DNA from: a virus
Virus record (IMG/VR): IMGVR_UViG_3300006736_003672
Coordinates: 11,876-75,875 of that record
Direction: 5' to 3' (one strand)
Length of the DNA stretch: 64,000 nucleotides
The position numbers and the translations under genes were made by a program. The notes beneath the pieces are model-generated. The model was given only the letters and a program-made list of their open reading frames with translations, searched no databases and was not told the DNA's origin. Of this stretch, positions 49,801 through 56,928 are shown in pieces. Position 1 is the first letter of the stretch; every line of letters starts with the position of its first letter.

Positions 49801-51681
49801 GAGATACCAAGATTTTTCTTAGATGACGGTAAATTTCAAAGTTTTAAATCTAGGCCCGGAACCTTCCATTTAATATCTGGGACAACATATTTTATGGACG
49901 TTCTGATGTATAAATCGGGTTATAATTATAGCAAGAGCGGCAGCGCGGTAGACGATCCAGCTCGCCAAGAAAGATCCCAAAATGATATGATTATGTTTGA
50001 AGGACCTGATTATCCGTTCGAATCTAATGACGCGTCGGTATGGTATGCAGATATGTATAGACAAAATATGCAGTCAGGTTCAGCTAGAGGTATTCATTAC
50101 GGACCAGCCTGTCAAACTTCAAACAACTGGTGGGGTCACGAAAATGTCGGAAGTTCCGATGTACATTCTGGAACGATTGCTCATCATATGCAAGATCCGG
50201 CATTTGCTCCATATACACCACCATATTTTTACGGCAAATCAGTAGCCAGACTAGCGTTTTCACCACACAAATCCAAACTGTTGCTTTCAGCAGTCGACCT
50301 TAATGCTTCTTATGGAGAAGTGGGAGAGTTTACAGTAGAAGAAATTCTAAAAGGCGCCCAATTAGAAACACAATATGATCCTGATCCTGAAGAAACATGG
50401 AATAGACTTTCAGATTATGGATCTGGATCATACAAGATATGGACTATAGATAATGACAACCAGAACGGAGCTACTGACGGCTCTGGCGGCAGCGACAGTC
50501 TTGCTTTGAAATCTAAAATGACAATTGGGTCGTCATTAAATCTATTTGGCAAGACAATTGTACCAGAGATTACATATAATCCAATTACTGGCCAGGCAGT
50601 AGAAGCAAAGGCGTCGTTGAGTGATGAATCTCTTCAATCTTGGGTCATTTCGCCAAAATTCGAAACACCAATATTAAACTTTTCTGGCAACATTGATGCA
50701 AATTTGGGCTATTCTACACGTGGAATGTGGTATGGTTATGGAGTTGAGCCAACTGGTTCTCAAGGAATTTATATGGGTTTGAGAGAATCACACCCAACAA
50801 CTATATTAAAAGCAATGCTCGGAGGTGCAGGTGAAAACGCGCTACATGGAATAGGAACTCAGCCTGCAGACGAAACCAGGCTAGGTCATCGTCAAACTGG
50901 TTCGCTATATCAAGTATTAGGCTTTCCGCAAAGTACTAGTCTTGTTGGCCCGACAAGAAAATTAGGTCAAATAGCACAAAACAAAACAATATCAGAAGCT
51001 GTCATCGCTGTGCCTATAAAAGCAAATTTTGATCAAGGTAAAAGTCCATTTTTCCCAATTTCTCGAGATAAAATTCACGCTGCCAAGCTTCGTATAGAAG
51101 AAGGTAAGGGCGCCGAAGATATCTTTTTGGAACGAAAAGGAGTTGCCGCTCCAAGTCAAACAGTATATGATATGGTTACAAAGTTGAGAAAATATTATTT
51201 ACCACCTCACATGGATTTTGTTGCAAATCCGACTATAGAACCATTTGCTGCAATTGTTTTTGAGTTTCATCATTGTTTACAAAAGCAAGATCTTATCGAT
51301 ATTTGGCAAAATCTTATGCCAAAAATTGCCATGGAAGCAGAAAAAGATGAATCAGTTGTTACAATTACCGCCGCCGGCGCGAGAGACTTTTTAGATATTG
51401 AGAATTTGCCTAAAGATACTAGATGGATGGTCTTCAAAGTTAAGCAGAAGGCAGAGAAAAGCTATTACAGCGTGACAGAGGATGTTAGAGATGATCATAG
51501 ATTTAGGTTTGATATTGGGGAAGATAAATATAAAAATCCAAAGTATAATTACAACTGGCCTTATGATTTCTTCTCTTTAATTGAGTTGGTACAATTAGAG
51601 TCGGAGCTTCAAATTTATGGACGAGGTCAAGCGGCTGTTGATGCTGCTGAAGAAGAGGGGCCACCGGAGGGCTTTTTCTAA
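40807..51681 (+). CDS. Giant (3624-aa) baseplate/fibre-like protein with LamG (concanavalin-like) domains
   Basis: LamG 1: TVEFWL...WHHYAFT...LYVDG...DEFRFW. IYKSKGTEKA wedge-like motif. LamG 2: SFAAWVK...WIHVCVTY...MYVNG...IDELVIFNKALS. Confidence 0.75.
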   Translation: MSTKDYFNKDQSIIRVAASASMGDLGNEVESAEFIQEKIKDTDRFVPFVDFSKPENFVRFGSAEEYYAESIKRVYRTYPYDGSLKEKTQWHNSSSFLDRYIFDKVYPRSTGYAIFSSNGWGSVSATKGAMATENEYGLSATPEYILIKGGPHKDPSYSSMSKLFPSADGKSNIYDYDKNRESNLKFGGNDGNTVEFWLWKHDFDPSKTKKEVIFDATTTDYVSSSTFYGRLRIELSATTRQDESPFYVTYLSGNAGDVDSRSTAAYNGGGFYSASIGDNLTTASIADRSWHHYAFTFSTSGSGTGPGGTRVRLYVDGDLNTETIVGTSASYVSGNINAAIGALITEQSGAENIDWSDATGYGKMSASVDEFRFWKVERTPKEIGRNWFTQVYGGTNTDDANTQLGVYYKFNEGVSATSSYDSKVLDYSGRISSGSWEGYLSTSRNTGSAILSASAAVYEFEDPILYSFHTNVTSALDSYSKLGKNFDYQNNASIYNSIPEWIISEDRYVGSNLLKLTQIMSSYFDTLAYQIKALPSIKNISYTPFTSSFISTGSGPTGSGEYKPLPFANRLLESAGLTTPEIFLDADVISKFTSRDEKILFKDNLYDTKNLIYQNIYNNLIYIYKSKGTEKAFRNAIRCFGIDDELIKINVYANNITYELKDSYNYTVQKKNFVDFHIPDHNTAVIYQATSSNSNTVSFISGSEEFYSGSARTLEAEIIFPRRETYEKPGQYIIAPGLTSSLFGTKGAYSINTELQSDLNDHRYTTWQQQDHGDLRVMAVKDTHDILSTNAYFKLTSSTMAINLTSAVFYDVYEGEKWNFAVRIRPSTYPMANKVSGSRDAYAHGSGTVEFCGVNASNNAIRNEFYLTASSPFPGSDIGASRVNHWIGSPKRVYAGALRANFTGTLQVYSDVKVSSVRYWFDYLPDEAIKAHAKDSGNAGVVHPYDYAYLFNAPTASLCYIPKIETLALNWDFDRVTGSDSTGGFVVEDISSGSAALTGKYGPLGNILNAQHTGVGYGFKASSAKVVDKNYLPVARQRLPESVASSDMIEIRNRDDINFTRETRPITHFIAVEKSMYQTISEEMMKMFATIKDFNSLIGEPVNRYRQSYKRMEKLRQLFFERVENVSDLDRYIEFYKWLDSSIDKIIEQFFPISSDASDSIRNMVESHVLERNKYWTKFPTLEMKHDPPTGQILAINELLYPWKQGHAPLPDNAATAVDCIDTTDYIASSADASFTIAIPTSANGLGGTAVTFLLDQDKDDVSQATAAANTITIGTKDGTDALVASFLINAINGVTAGRFIYASEGNGQAGHDLGITAEQGSSDTQITLTMDTIGNVGNIINALASASGVNIIDVTGFTGGTLLPENCLWWKDRLGRDGTTPLGSQDGATDRSKEAIRRIATTIVSSSGPTYQSNPYVYRKLTRPYKFSTDVSVELHGGINFAPSKRLDFYKNLLTFGRNNHIQIDLNDFENPACTDLLDLKKKSRQPFKVTFSTDAQSKGEIYAPFSIFSSSEGASDVTAGITSIHTDAYGYCKEVPMQGPFTEQYVGGMPHRHAAIFTSAKNGPKSIAFNGVDNQSQLDVPHADNLSFGDASEDSPLSFAAWVKVDSDWPEIFRIVAKTKSSASTVEYYWSILNDRSNSDFDYRMIAVLVDENTSNAYIGQKSNATDAMKAYEDTWIHVCVTYAATEASSGIIMYVNGEVHATAAYEAGSYTAMHNYGAGSDLAIGRGQSYNGIDVAKGAIDELVIFNKALSPAEITTLYNNGGTWMLTDSWSAQSNIVSWWRMGDGQSITFDNAGVRNDATFAVKNFTILDQVSSNDATMSSFQGTATSGITPYAVDRQSLVSNRPEAWSVVLPAYSNGKPTQIRLVEVDSDEPRSWVAREGYAKRPVNIKNIQQLTGNEITERTIIGNYTKNYQVVQTSGRYTNPRYFAETKGAISESVASTTVSGVYDFALPDRGRHASVFVEKFSSPGGPEVMSRGFLDIVAEEFSVYNSLNNRNLSVRQPLQTLLTRHANSGGYASFTPDYLLTHPPSASYHKTYRNRRGKIMFSSSAGTSETNILPVGGNVFANAPGSFHAVTGSSFDNWYVMRTIPRSDVQYAWIAHSVHHVTGVAAEPANLYAREYKAVGGSTRSDFTILGYQKPAYMRSGSEEHDAYNAWNASTDIVFVSSSDFVSFFATGYATPQRAFGMSVLSNYHASAGQYGFIHTDFVGMNTIIQEPISSSFNTLGHDLNIGVTHTTAADERLYLNYGSAARLPDHPGGIITATNTNSTTGTPGIKKGIWADAALLNSLLLNRNGPYHYPSWKQVRTGEHPVARHQRRNNILDFTIGPIASLRIPTTVKQLSADLKHAGRYTELRYGREIFTADIIKELDAKGVKFPVRKETITPVTSKYKPLEHTIVDSDTEIKVVGVHNIFTLRNTLGNNMNYFPIGQGVLDQQLGITPDFNNVVYDEITNELNSPVTLMLEGERKSYDLVNLSYREIIFPKEENTYLAKIRGRQHYSESAGLTHEGYDRRDYRTFWRNRAEDRLRTDSVALNSMGIPIKESMWNGDTTGYAVKLRQFDRLVDTNDGVADFSDGLEMIPTCLSVWPLDSTSASGSVCGELFSNPYMSMTASYITASATLYDTAGPEVMVVPTASQTYLFQNLYHALSPNSHYITNVPPKYVSVCGDDVVGGRGFSGSHFKPQWSSSFLSGKSPFYDSYEDWALDVRTMGQGYSIVPEFKISDHMDYYIDNGYEETNKKFLSLIGALHTASSDTPTSTGNQTFYKLYSHSDFMKFSQLINSDYLGTSLYDYDAKGRTKDFTLRCKAIKKLLPYNGFYPVNRCIQLGTMFSQSYGPYLTASTFVHPYEQLQSVLQPFFAPGIMYNTIKSGVAVDWAAYTGSAPSAGGHNSLSALSQTASAGAMSVTPVAVDGGSTDNYHNFRYPFESLIEPHAYMPSENQGKRPEQYMMLPAGTPQQGGSNTIGVDDGAANKHAIWTGEYEQNYSMAMHNFLGEIPRFFLDDGKFQSFKSRPGTFHLISGTTYFMDVLMYKSGYNYSKSGSAVDDPARQERSQNDMIMFEGPDYPFESNDASVWYADMYRQNMQSGSARGIHYGPACQTSNNWWGHENVGSSDVHSGTIAHHMQDPAFAPYTPPYFYGKSVARLAFSPHKSKLLLSAVDLNASYGEVGEFTVEEILKGAQLETQYDPDPEETWNRLSDYGSGSYKIWTIDNDNQNGATDGSGGSDSLALKSKMTIGSSLNLFGKTIVPEITYNPITGQAVEAKASLSDESLQSWVISPKFETPILNFSGNIDANLGYSTRGMWYGYGVEPTGSQGIYMGLRESHPTTILKAMLGGAGENALHGIGTQPADETRLGHRQTGSLYQVLGFPQSTSLVGPTRKLGQIAQNKTISEAVIAVPIKANFDQGKSPFFPISRDKIHAAKLRIEEGKGAEDIFLERKGVAAPSQTVYDMVTKLRKYYLPPHMDFVANPTIEPFAAIVFEFHHCLQKQDLIDIWQNLMPKIAMEAEKDESVVTITAAGARDFLDIENLPKDTRWMVFKVKQKAEKSYYSVTEDVRDDHRFRFDIGEDKYKNPKYNYNWPYDFFSLIELVQLESELQIYGRGQAAVDAAEEEGPPEGFF

Positions 51682-51743
51682 AGTTGAAATGAAGTTTATT
51701 TATTTAAGATGAGTAATTACTATGAGGACAAAAATTATATAAA

Positions 51744-52853
51744 ATGACATTTTTTAATAAAAAAGAAGACGTAATTGAAATTCAACTTACTCAATATGGC
51801 AAACATTTGTTATCATTGGGGAAGTTTAAACCGTCTCAATATGCTTTTTTTGATGCCGATATTTTATATGATTCTTTATATGCTGATATTTCCGAAGCAC
51901 AAAGTGACACAGAATTAAGAATTAAGAATACGGTAAGGTCTAAAACTCAATATGTTTTTAGTCCCGGCCCCGAAACGGAAGTAACTACAGCAAACAAACA
52001 TATACTTGAAAATAAGCAAAAACTCGCACAAGAAGCTCTAAATATGGGTCCAGAATTTGATGATACCGAAGTAGAGGTTGGGCAAAATCCGGTATTGACG
52101 GAAGAAGATATGATTAGGTTTCAAAGTATGTATGCACAGCCGGCCGCCCTCAAAGATTATGTCCTTTCACACCCTTTGGGTACTTCGGATTATGGTACTA
52201 GATATGTTCCCGCGTGGGCTGTAAGTTTTTTGAATAGCGAATTGACTGGTTCAAAGCCGCATCTTTCCGGCGCCAACGGGGTATCTATAATCCCGCAGCT
52301 GCTTTTGACAAGCTCATATGAGACTTTTATTACTTTTGTTGATGATAGTGGGGCTCTTGTTAAAGACAACGTTGAGGATGAACTAGATTTAGGAATATTC
52401 GCTGATATGCCATATGGCGGTGCACCCTCAGAACCTCACCCAACCGTTGGCCTGCTCCCGGAGACTGATTATGGATATAGAGATGGTTCCATATATCAAG
52501 TTAAACCACATTACCTTCTTGTTGACGTTGATGAAAAAAATTCTTTATTTGAAAAGGAAAATTTTGATATTGAAGTATATAAGGTCGATGGAGATAAATT
52601 ACAAATGTTATATTTCTATGATCCAGAAATAGATCTTGAACCTCCTAATGAACAATATGTAGAATATTACTTTGACATATTAGTCGATGGAGAAATAGAT
52701 GAAGATCTGTTTTGCGCATCAGTTAACGTACAAAAAAGAAAGAATATTTTCTCTGATCAGGATCTACCATTTGATTGCATGCAAGTGGAAGAAGAATTCG
52801 CCAACATTTATGAATATGATCTTACGCCTGAAGACAGTGAGGGCCCCTGTTAA
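51744..52853 (+). CDS. Putative tail/baseplate structural protein
   Basis: N-terminus LTQYGKHLLSLGKFKPSQYAFFDADILY resembles that of 59984; acidic C-terminus. Confidence 0.55.
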   Translation: MTFFNKKEDVIEIQLTQYGKHLLSLGKFKPSQYAFFDADILYDSLYADISEAQSDTELRIKNTVRSKTQYVFSPGPETEVTTANKHILENKQKLAQEALNMGPEFDDTEVEVGQNPVLTEEDMIRFQSMYAQPAALKDYVLSHPLGTSDYGTRYVPAWAVSFLNSELTGSKPHLSGANGVSIIPQLLLTSSYETFITFVDDSGALVKDNVEDELDLGIFADMPYGGAPSEPHPTVGLLPETDYGYRDGSIYQVKPHYLLVDVDEKNSLFEKENFDIEVYKVDGDKLQMLYFYDPEIDLEPPNEQYVEYYFDILVDGEIDEDLFCASVNVQKRKNIFSDQDLPFDCMQVEEEFANIYEYDLTPEDSEGPC

Positions 52854-55800
52854 TGGCTGCCGGAGCTAATTTATCAAGTTTTTTCGCCAGCGCCCTTCCC
52901 GGGGTTCAGATAGATAAGATTGTATTAAATGTAGCCAACGAAAAATGGCAATCTCCATTCAGTAAAGATCCTCATGTGGAATACATCGCGGGCCCAGGGT
53001 ACCCACCATGGTTGAGGGCAGCCTTATGGAAGGCTGAAACTACCACTTCAAAAGAAAGTTTAGATGTTTTTGTTAATTTTTCTTTAAAAGCAAAAGTTCC
53101 AAAAGGAAAGGATCTTATTTCTAGTTGGATCTTTAATAAAGATTTTTTAAGCTTTTATAAAATTAAAATAATTAGCGTAGAAAACGAAGAATATTATGCA
53201 AGTATACACGCTGATAACGAGAAAATAAAAACACTGCTGGAGGCCAAGAAGGCAGGCGGAGGCACCCCCGGCCCGGCAGTGGAAGCTGGGGAAACTATAA
53301 GTTTATCATCTACCGGCTTATTTAACCTTTCTGATGCAGATGAAATTAAAGAGCATGTTCAAGATTTTCATAAAACAATAGATAACGATGGCAATATCAT
53401 TTATGACATTCCGTTTAGCCACCGCATAACCGTTAAAGAAGTTAATCCGAAACATCTATCATTATTTATAATTCCGTATTTAGATGTTAACAAAATGAAA
53501 TCAGATTTTGGGATCGCAGGAGACGTTGAGCCTATTATTGGACCACCGATAGATGAGCCAATTATTAGAAATGGGAAAGCAGTTACAACAAAAACAGTTT
53601 ATAGGCAAATACCAACGCCACAAGAGATCGCCACGTTCGTCCCTTCGCCAACAAATCTAATAGTGCAAGGAAAACAATGGTTTGGTCCAGTACATTATCA
53701 TTCTGGACGTAGGATCCCTAGGTCAGATAACCCGAAAAAATTTAAAATAGATAATTCTGGGTACATTGGCTGGATGGGGGGTGAAAAACACTATCCGAAT
53801 GCTAGCCCTCCGCAACCTAGACTAACTACCGAAACAGCTTACAACCGAACTATACAAGATTTTAGAACTTTAAAAAGAATAGAAAGGGTGTTATTTGACT
53901 TTAGCGAAACACTCGCACCCGAAGACGAACACGGCAATCCCAAACAAAGGACCGGCTTAAATGCTGTTACTTTTCCTATCAATGACAACTTGGATATAGA
54001 AAGAAAACCATCATATTTTTCCGAACTTTTTACATCTAGAGACCAATTTGGCAAGTGTAGGTTCTTTTTTAGTGTAGATTATTTATCGATGATAAGGAAG
54101 AATTCAGCTTTTCCTGTTTTATTTAGAAACAGTCCCGTTGGATTACCCTCAGAATTATTAAGAAGAAGTTATATACGTTCGTTTAAGTTGTTCCGCCGCC
54201 GCGCCGCCCCCACAGCCTCTGGTTTTAATAAGCTAGGGACAAAAACTTCAGTTGAGTTTGAGCAAAATGAAGCTTCAGTGCTGCTTGTACATACAAAAGA
54301 TGATGCATTGGGTGCCGGCCCGGTCTTCGGCGGCCGCGCGGCAAGACTGCACCCAAGAAAGTTGAGTGTTATAGACTATCCTGGCTTTGATGGAGAGCAT
54401 AAAGATAAAGATGCTACAAGAAGAAATTTGGGAGCTATAAAAGAGGTCAATTTAATGACGCAAGATGTTAAATCGGATTATCCATTTATGAGACATTTTA
54501 CAGGTGTTGATCATGAGATATCAGGGTTAACTAGTGGTCGTTATAGATACGATGTTGAGATTGAGATTGAAGATCCGACTGTGAATTATATAGAGAGCAG
54601 GTTAACAGAATTAGTCGATATATCGACAGCTATTGAAAAATATTATACCATCGCGACATCACAAAATATCTCCTCTCCGGAAGCGATATCTCCTCCTATA
54701 GGAAAAAATGTTGCAGGACGAAGAAGATATAGGCTTAATTACAGTGTTATTGCGCAAAGTTTCCGCCCGGAATTTTTAGAAGATATGCTTCTGGTGTTTT
54801 CTCCAGGTTCGTTAAGAGAAAACACTTGGTTGTACAACGTCGCATTCCTCGCCAAAGCTTCTCCAAAACAAAATCAAGTTTTGAAAACCATGGTTAAAAA
54901 ATATTTGGACATTCTTGGGATGGTGACAAGTACCTGGGACCATTATGCTGATGATCTTATTAATGATCTTGTTAAGATAATTGATCCTATTGTTGGATCT
55001 CCCGAGGGTATTGGAATATTTTTCAAATTAGTTTCTGATCTAGCTACAAATATTGAAAGAATGTTAAATGCTGCTATAAGCGGACCTGTTATAAAAGATC
55101 AACCAGATCCAAAATTTGCTGGAACGGCTCCACAAAGTCTAAAGATTGATGCAACTAGGACATTTAAAGTGAGGAAAGAGTTTTCTAACTTAGAGGATCT
55201 TTTTGATAGTGACGTAAACAAACATTTTGGAGTAGATTATCTTACGTCTGATCCCCCTATAAGCGATTTTGAGCTTTCATTGCTTTCTACTGGTGATTAT
55301 AGAGAGAGAGCTAATCTAGAAATGAGAAAATATTTTGGAGGTGGCCATAAAAATTCTTTCACTTTAGATCCAACTTTTCAAAGTGGGATCCATTTGCCTT
55401 TGAGCCCTCAAAAGTATACCTATTTTAGTCCGATGGCCGTAAGAACTAGGAAAAATAGACAACATGAACTTTTAATTGAAGCATTACTAGGAAGCAATAA
55501 ATTTTATGAACCAGACATATATAATCAGTTGTTGATAGATGTGCTAAGACATAATGACGGCCTAAATGTTGAGCTTGACCCGTATCCCGTAGGAAAAAAC
55601 TATCCTTATCGTGTAAAAGCAACACAACGTCTTCGTGGCGGCCTTCTCGATTTTATGGCGAATAGAAGCTGCACTGTCAGCAGTATGGAAAGCTTTAAGG
55701 CTGAAATTGAAAATAATGAAAACGAAGATATATGTGGGCACCAAAATATTTTTTGGGATGTGAATCAATATGATAATATTATAGATGTTCTGCCGCTCGT

Positions 55801-56896
55801 CATAATAAATCCAGCAGGGCAGGGAAGCTCCGAGCCTTTTCAAGCTAAATCTTACATTAATGATTTGACAAATCCCAACAAAGTGTTAACTCAACTAGCA
55901 AGTCGTTTTTATGCACCATCGTATAAGTTTCGTCCGTATAGAGATTACGATATTCACAATCCTGATCAAATAATTTTTGACACCGCTGAGAATGCTTCTA
56001 AAGCCATGTATGATTATCCAAATCAATACAAGTCAATGATTGGAGTTTGTACACAAAGGATGAAGCCCGCAACTTGGGTTCATCACCAGATTGTAGAGCA
56101 TGATTTAATATTTGATTTAAAACGTGAAATTTTTAATCCAGACAAAAGACACAAAGCTTTAGGGTTCTTTTATTTAAATTTTATGGACCTTTGTTATGTC
56201 GAAGTGTTGACAGGCTACCTTCGTCCTGCCAATGACGTAGGAGCGCAAATGAACAAACCAATATTTAAAAAAATAGAAGAAAAGAATTGGGATATAATTA
56301 ACTCCTATAAGGGCGACCGTGACAACAGGATACTTTGTAGAATTAAGAGATATAATGATAGTAAATTAAATGTTCCAGAAATAGAATCATTTAATTTTCC
56401 AATATATAATCAACATTTTCTTCTGAAAACTGGACCTTCTCAAAAAGAATTAGCAAAATTACTTTCTTTAGGCCCAACCCCGCAAACTCCGGCCGAATTC
56501 GCCCTGACCGAAGCCGCGCTCAACGCCTTTGGAAAAAGCGCTGTAGAAACTAAAAGCGCATCTGTTACAACTGATATCGCTTCAGTTGCCGCGTCGGCCT
56601 TGGAAGGCTTCGCGCCCATCGTAGCTCCCGGCGGCGCGGCCCCCCTCCCAGGATCGCTCCTATCTCGGTTAGCCGACGAAGCCCCGGTGTCTGGTGAAAT
56701 AAGACAATCGGGTGCCGGCCCAGTTTCGGTGGTAAATTATGAAGCTGTTCCGTTCGTTCCGAACACTAAAAATCCTTTAGATCCCGACGCCACCGCCACC
56801 GCCAAATCACGAGGGAAAAACCTGGTAGCTATTTCCGCCCGGGCAGCTGCGAACAAATTCGCACAAACAGCTAAGACAACAAAAAAGAGGGACTAA
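52853..56896 (+). CDS. Large hypothetical (probable virion) protein, 1347 aa
   Basis: Long ORF coupled to the upstream gene (TAATG) in the structural module. Confidence 0.55.
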   Translation: MAAGANLSSFFASALPGVQIDKIVLNVANEKWQSPFSKDPHVEYIAGPGYPPWLRAALWKAETTTSKESLDVFVNFSLKAKVPKGKDLISSWIFNKDFLSFYKIKIISVENEEYYASIHADNEKIKTLLEAKKAGGGTPGPAVEAGETISLSSTGLFNLSDADEIKEHVQDFHKTIDNDGNIIYDIPFSHRITVKEVNPKHLSLFIIPYLDVNKMKSDFGIAGDVEPIIGPPIDEPIIRNGKAVTTKTVYRQIPTPQEIATFVPSPTNLIVQGKQWFGPVHYHSGRRIPRSDNPKKFKIDNSGYIGWMGGEKHYPNASPPQPRLTTETAYNRTIQDFRTLKRIERVLFDFSETLAPEDEHGNPKQRTGLNAVTFPINDNLDIERKPSYFSELFTSRDQFGKCRFFFSVDYLSMIRKNSAFPVLFRNSPVGLPSELLRRSYIRSFKLFRRRAAPTASGFNKLGTKTSVEFEQNEASVLLVHTKDDALGAGPVFGGRAARLHPRKLSVIDYPGFDGEHKDKDATRRNLGAIKEVNLMTQDVKSDYPFMRHFTGVDHEISGLTSGRYRYDVEIEIEDPTVNYIESRLTELVDISTAIEKYYTIATSQNISSPEAISPPIGKNVAGRRRYRLNYSVIAQSFRPEFLEDMLLVFSPGSLRENTWLYNVAFLAKASPKQNQVLKTMVKKYLDILGMVTSTWDHYADDLINDLVKIIDPIVGSPEGIGIFFKLVSDLATNIERMLNAAISGPVIKDQPDPKFAGTAPQSLKIDATRTFKVRKEFSNLEDLFDSDVNKHFGVDYLTSDPPISDFELSLLSTGDYRERANLEMRKYFGGGHKNSFTLDPTFQSGIHLPLSPQKYTYFSPMAVRTRKNRQHELLIEALLGSNKFYEPDIYNQLLIDVLRHNDGLNVELDPYPVGKNYPYRVKATQRLRGGLLDFMANRSCTVSSMESFKAEIENNENEDICGHQNIFWDVNQYDNIIDVLPLVIINPAGQGSSEPFQAKSYINDLTNPNKVLTQLASRFYAPSYKFRPYRDYDIHNPDQIIFDTAENASKAMYDYPNQYKSMIGVCTQRMKPATWVHHQIVEHDLIFDLKREIFNPDKRHKALGFFYLNFMDLCYVEVLTGYLRPANDVGAQMNKPIFKKIEEKNWDIINSYKGDRDNRILCRIKRYNDSKLNVPEIESFNFPIYNQHFLLKTGPSQKELAKLLSLGPTPQTPAEFALTEAALNAFGKSAVETKSASVTTDIASVAASALEGFAPIVAPGGAAPLPGSLLSRLADEAPVSGEIRQSGAGPVSVVNYEAVPFVPNTKNPLDPDATATAKSRGKNLVAISARAAANKFAQTAKTTKKRD

Positions 56897-56928
56897 TTAG
56901 ATGAACGAATATAATAGGGAATATCAAA

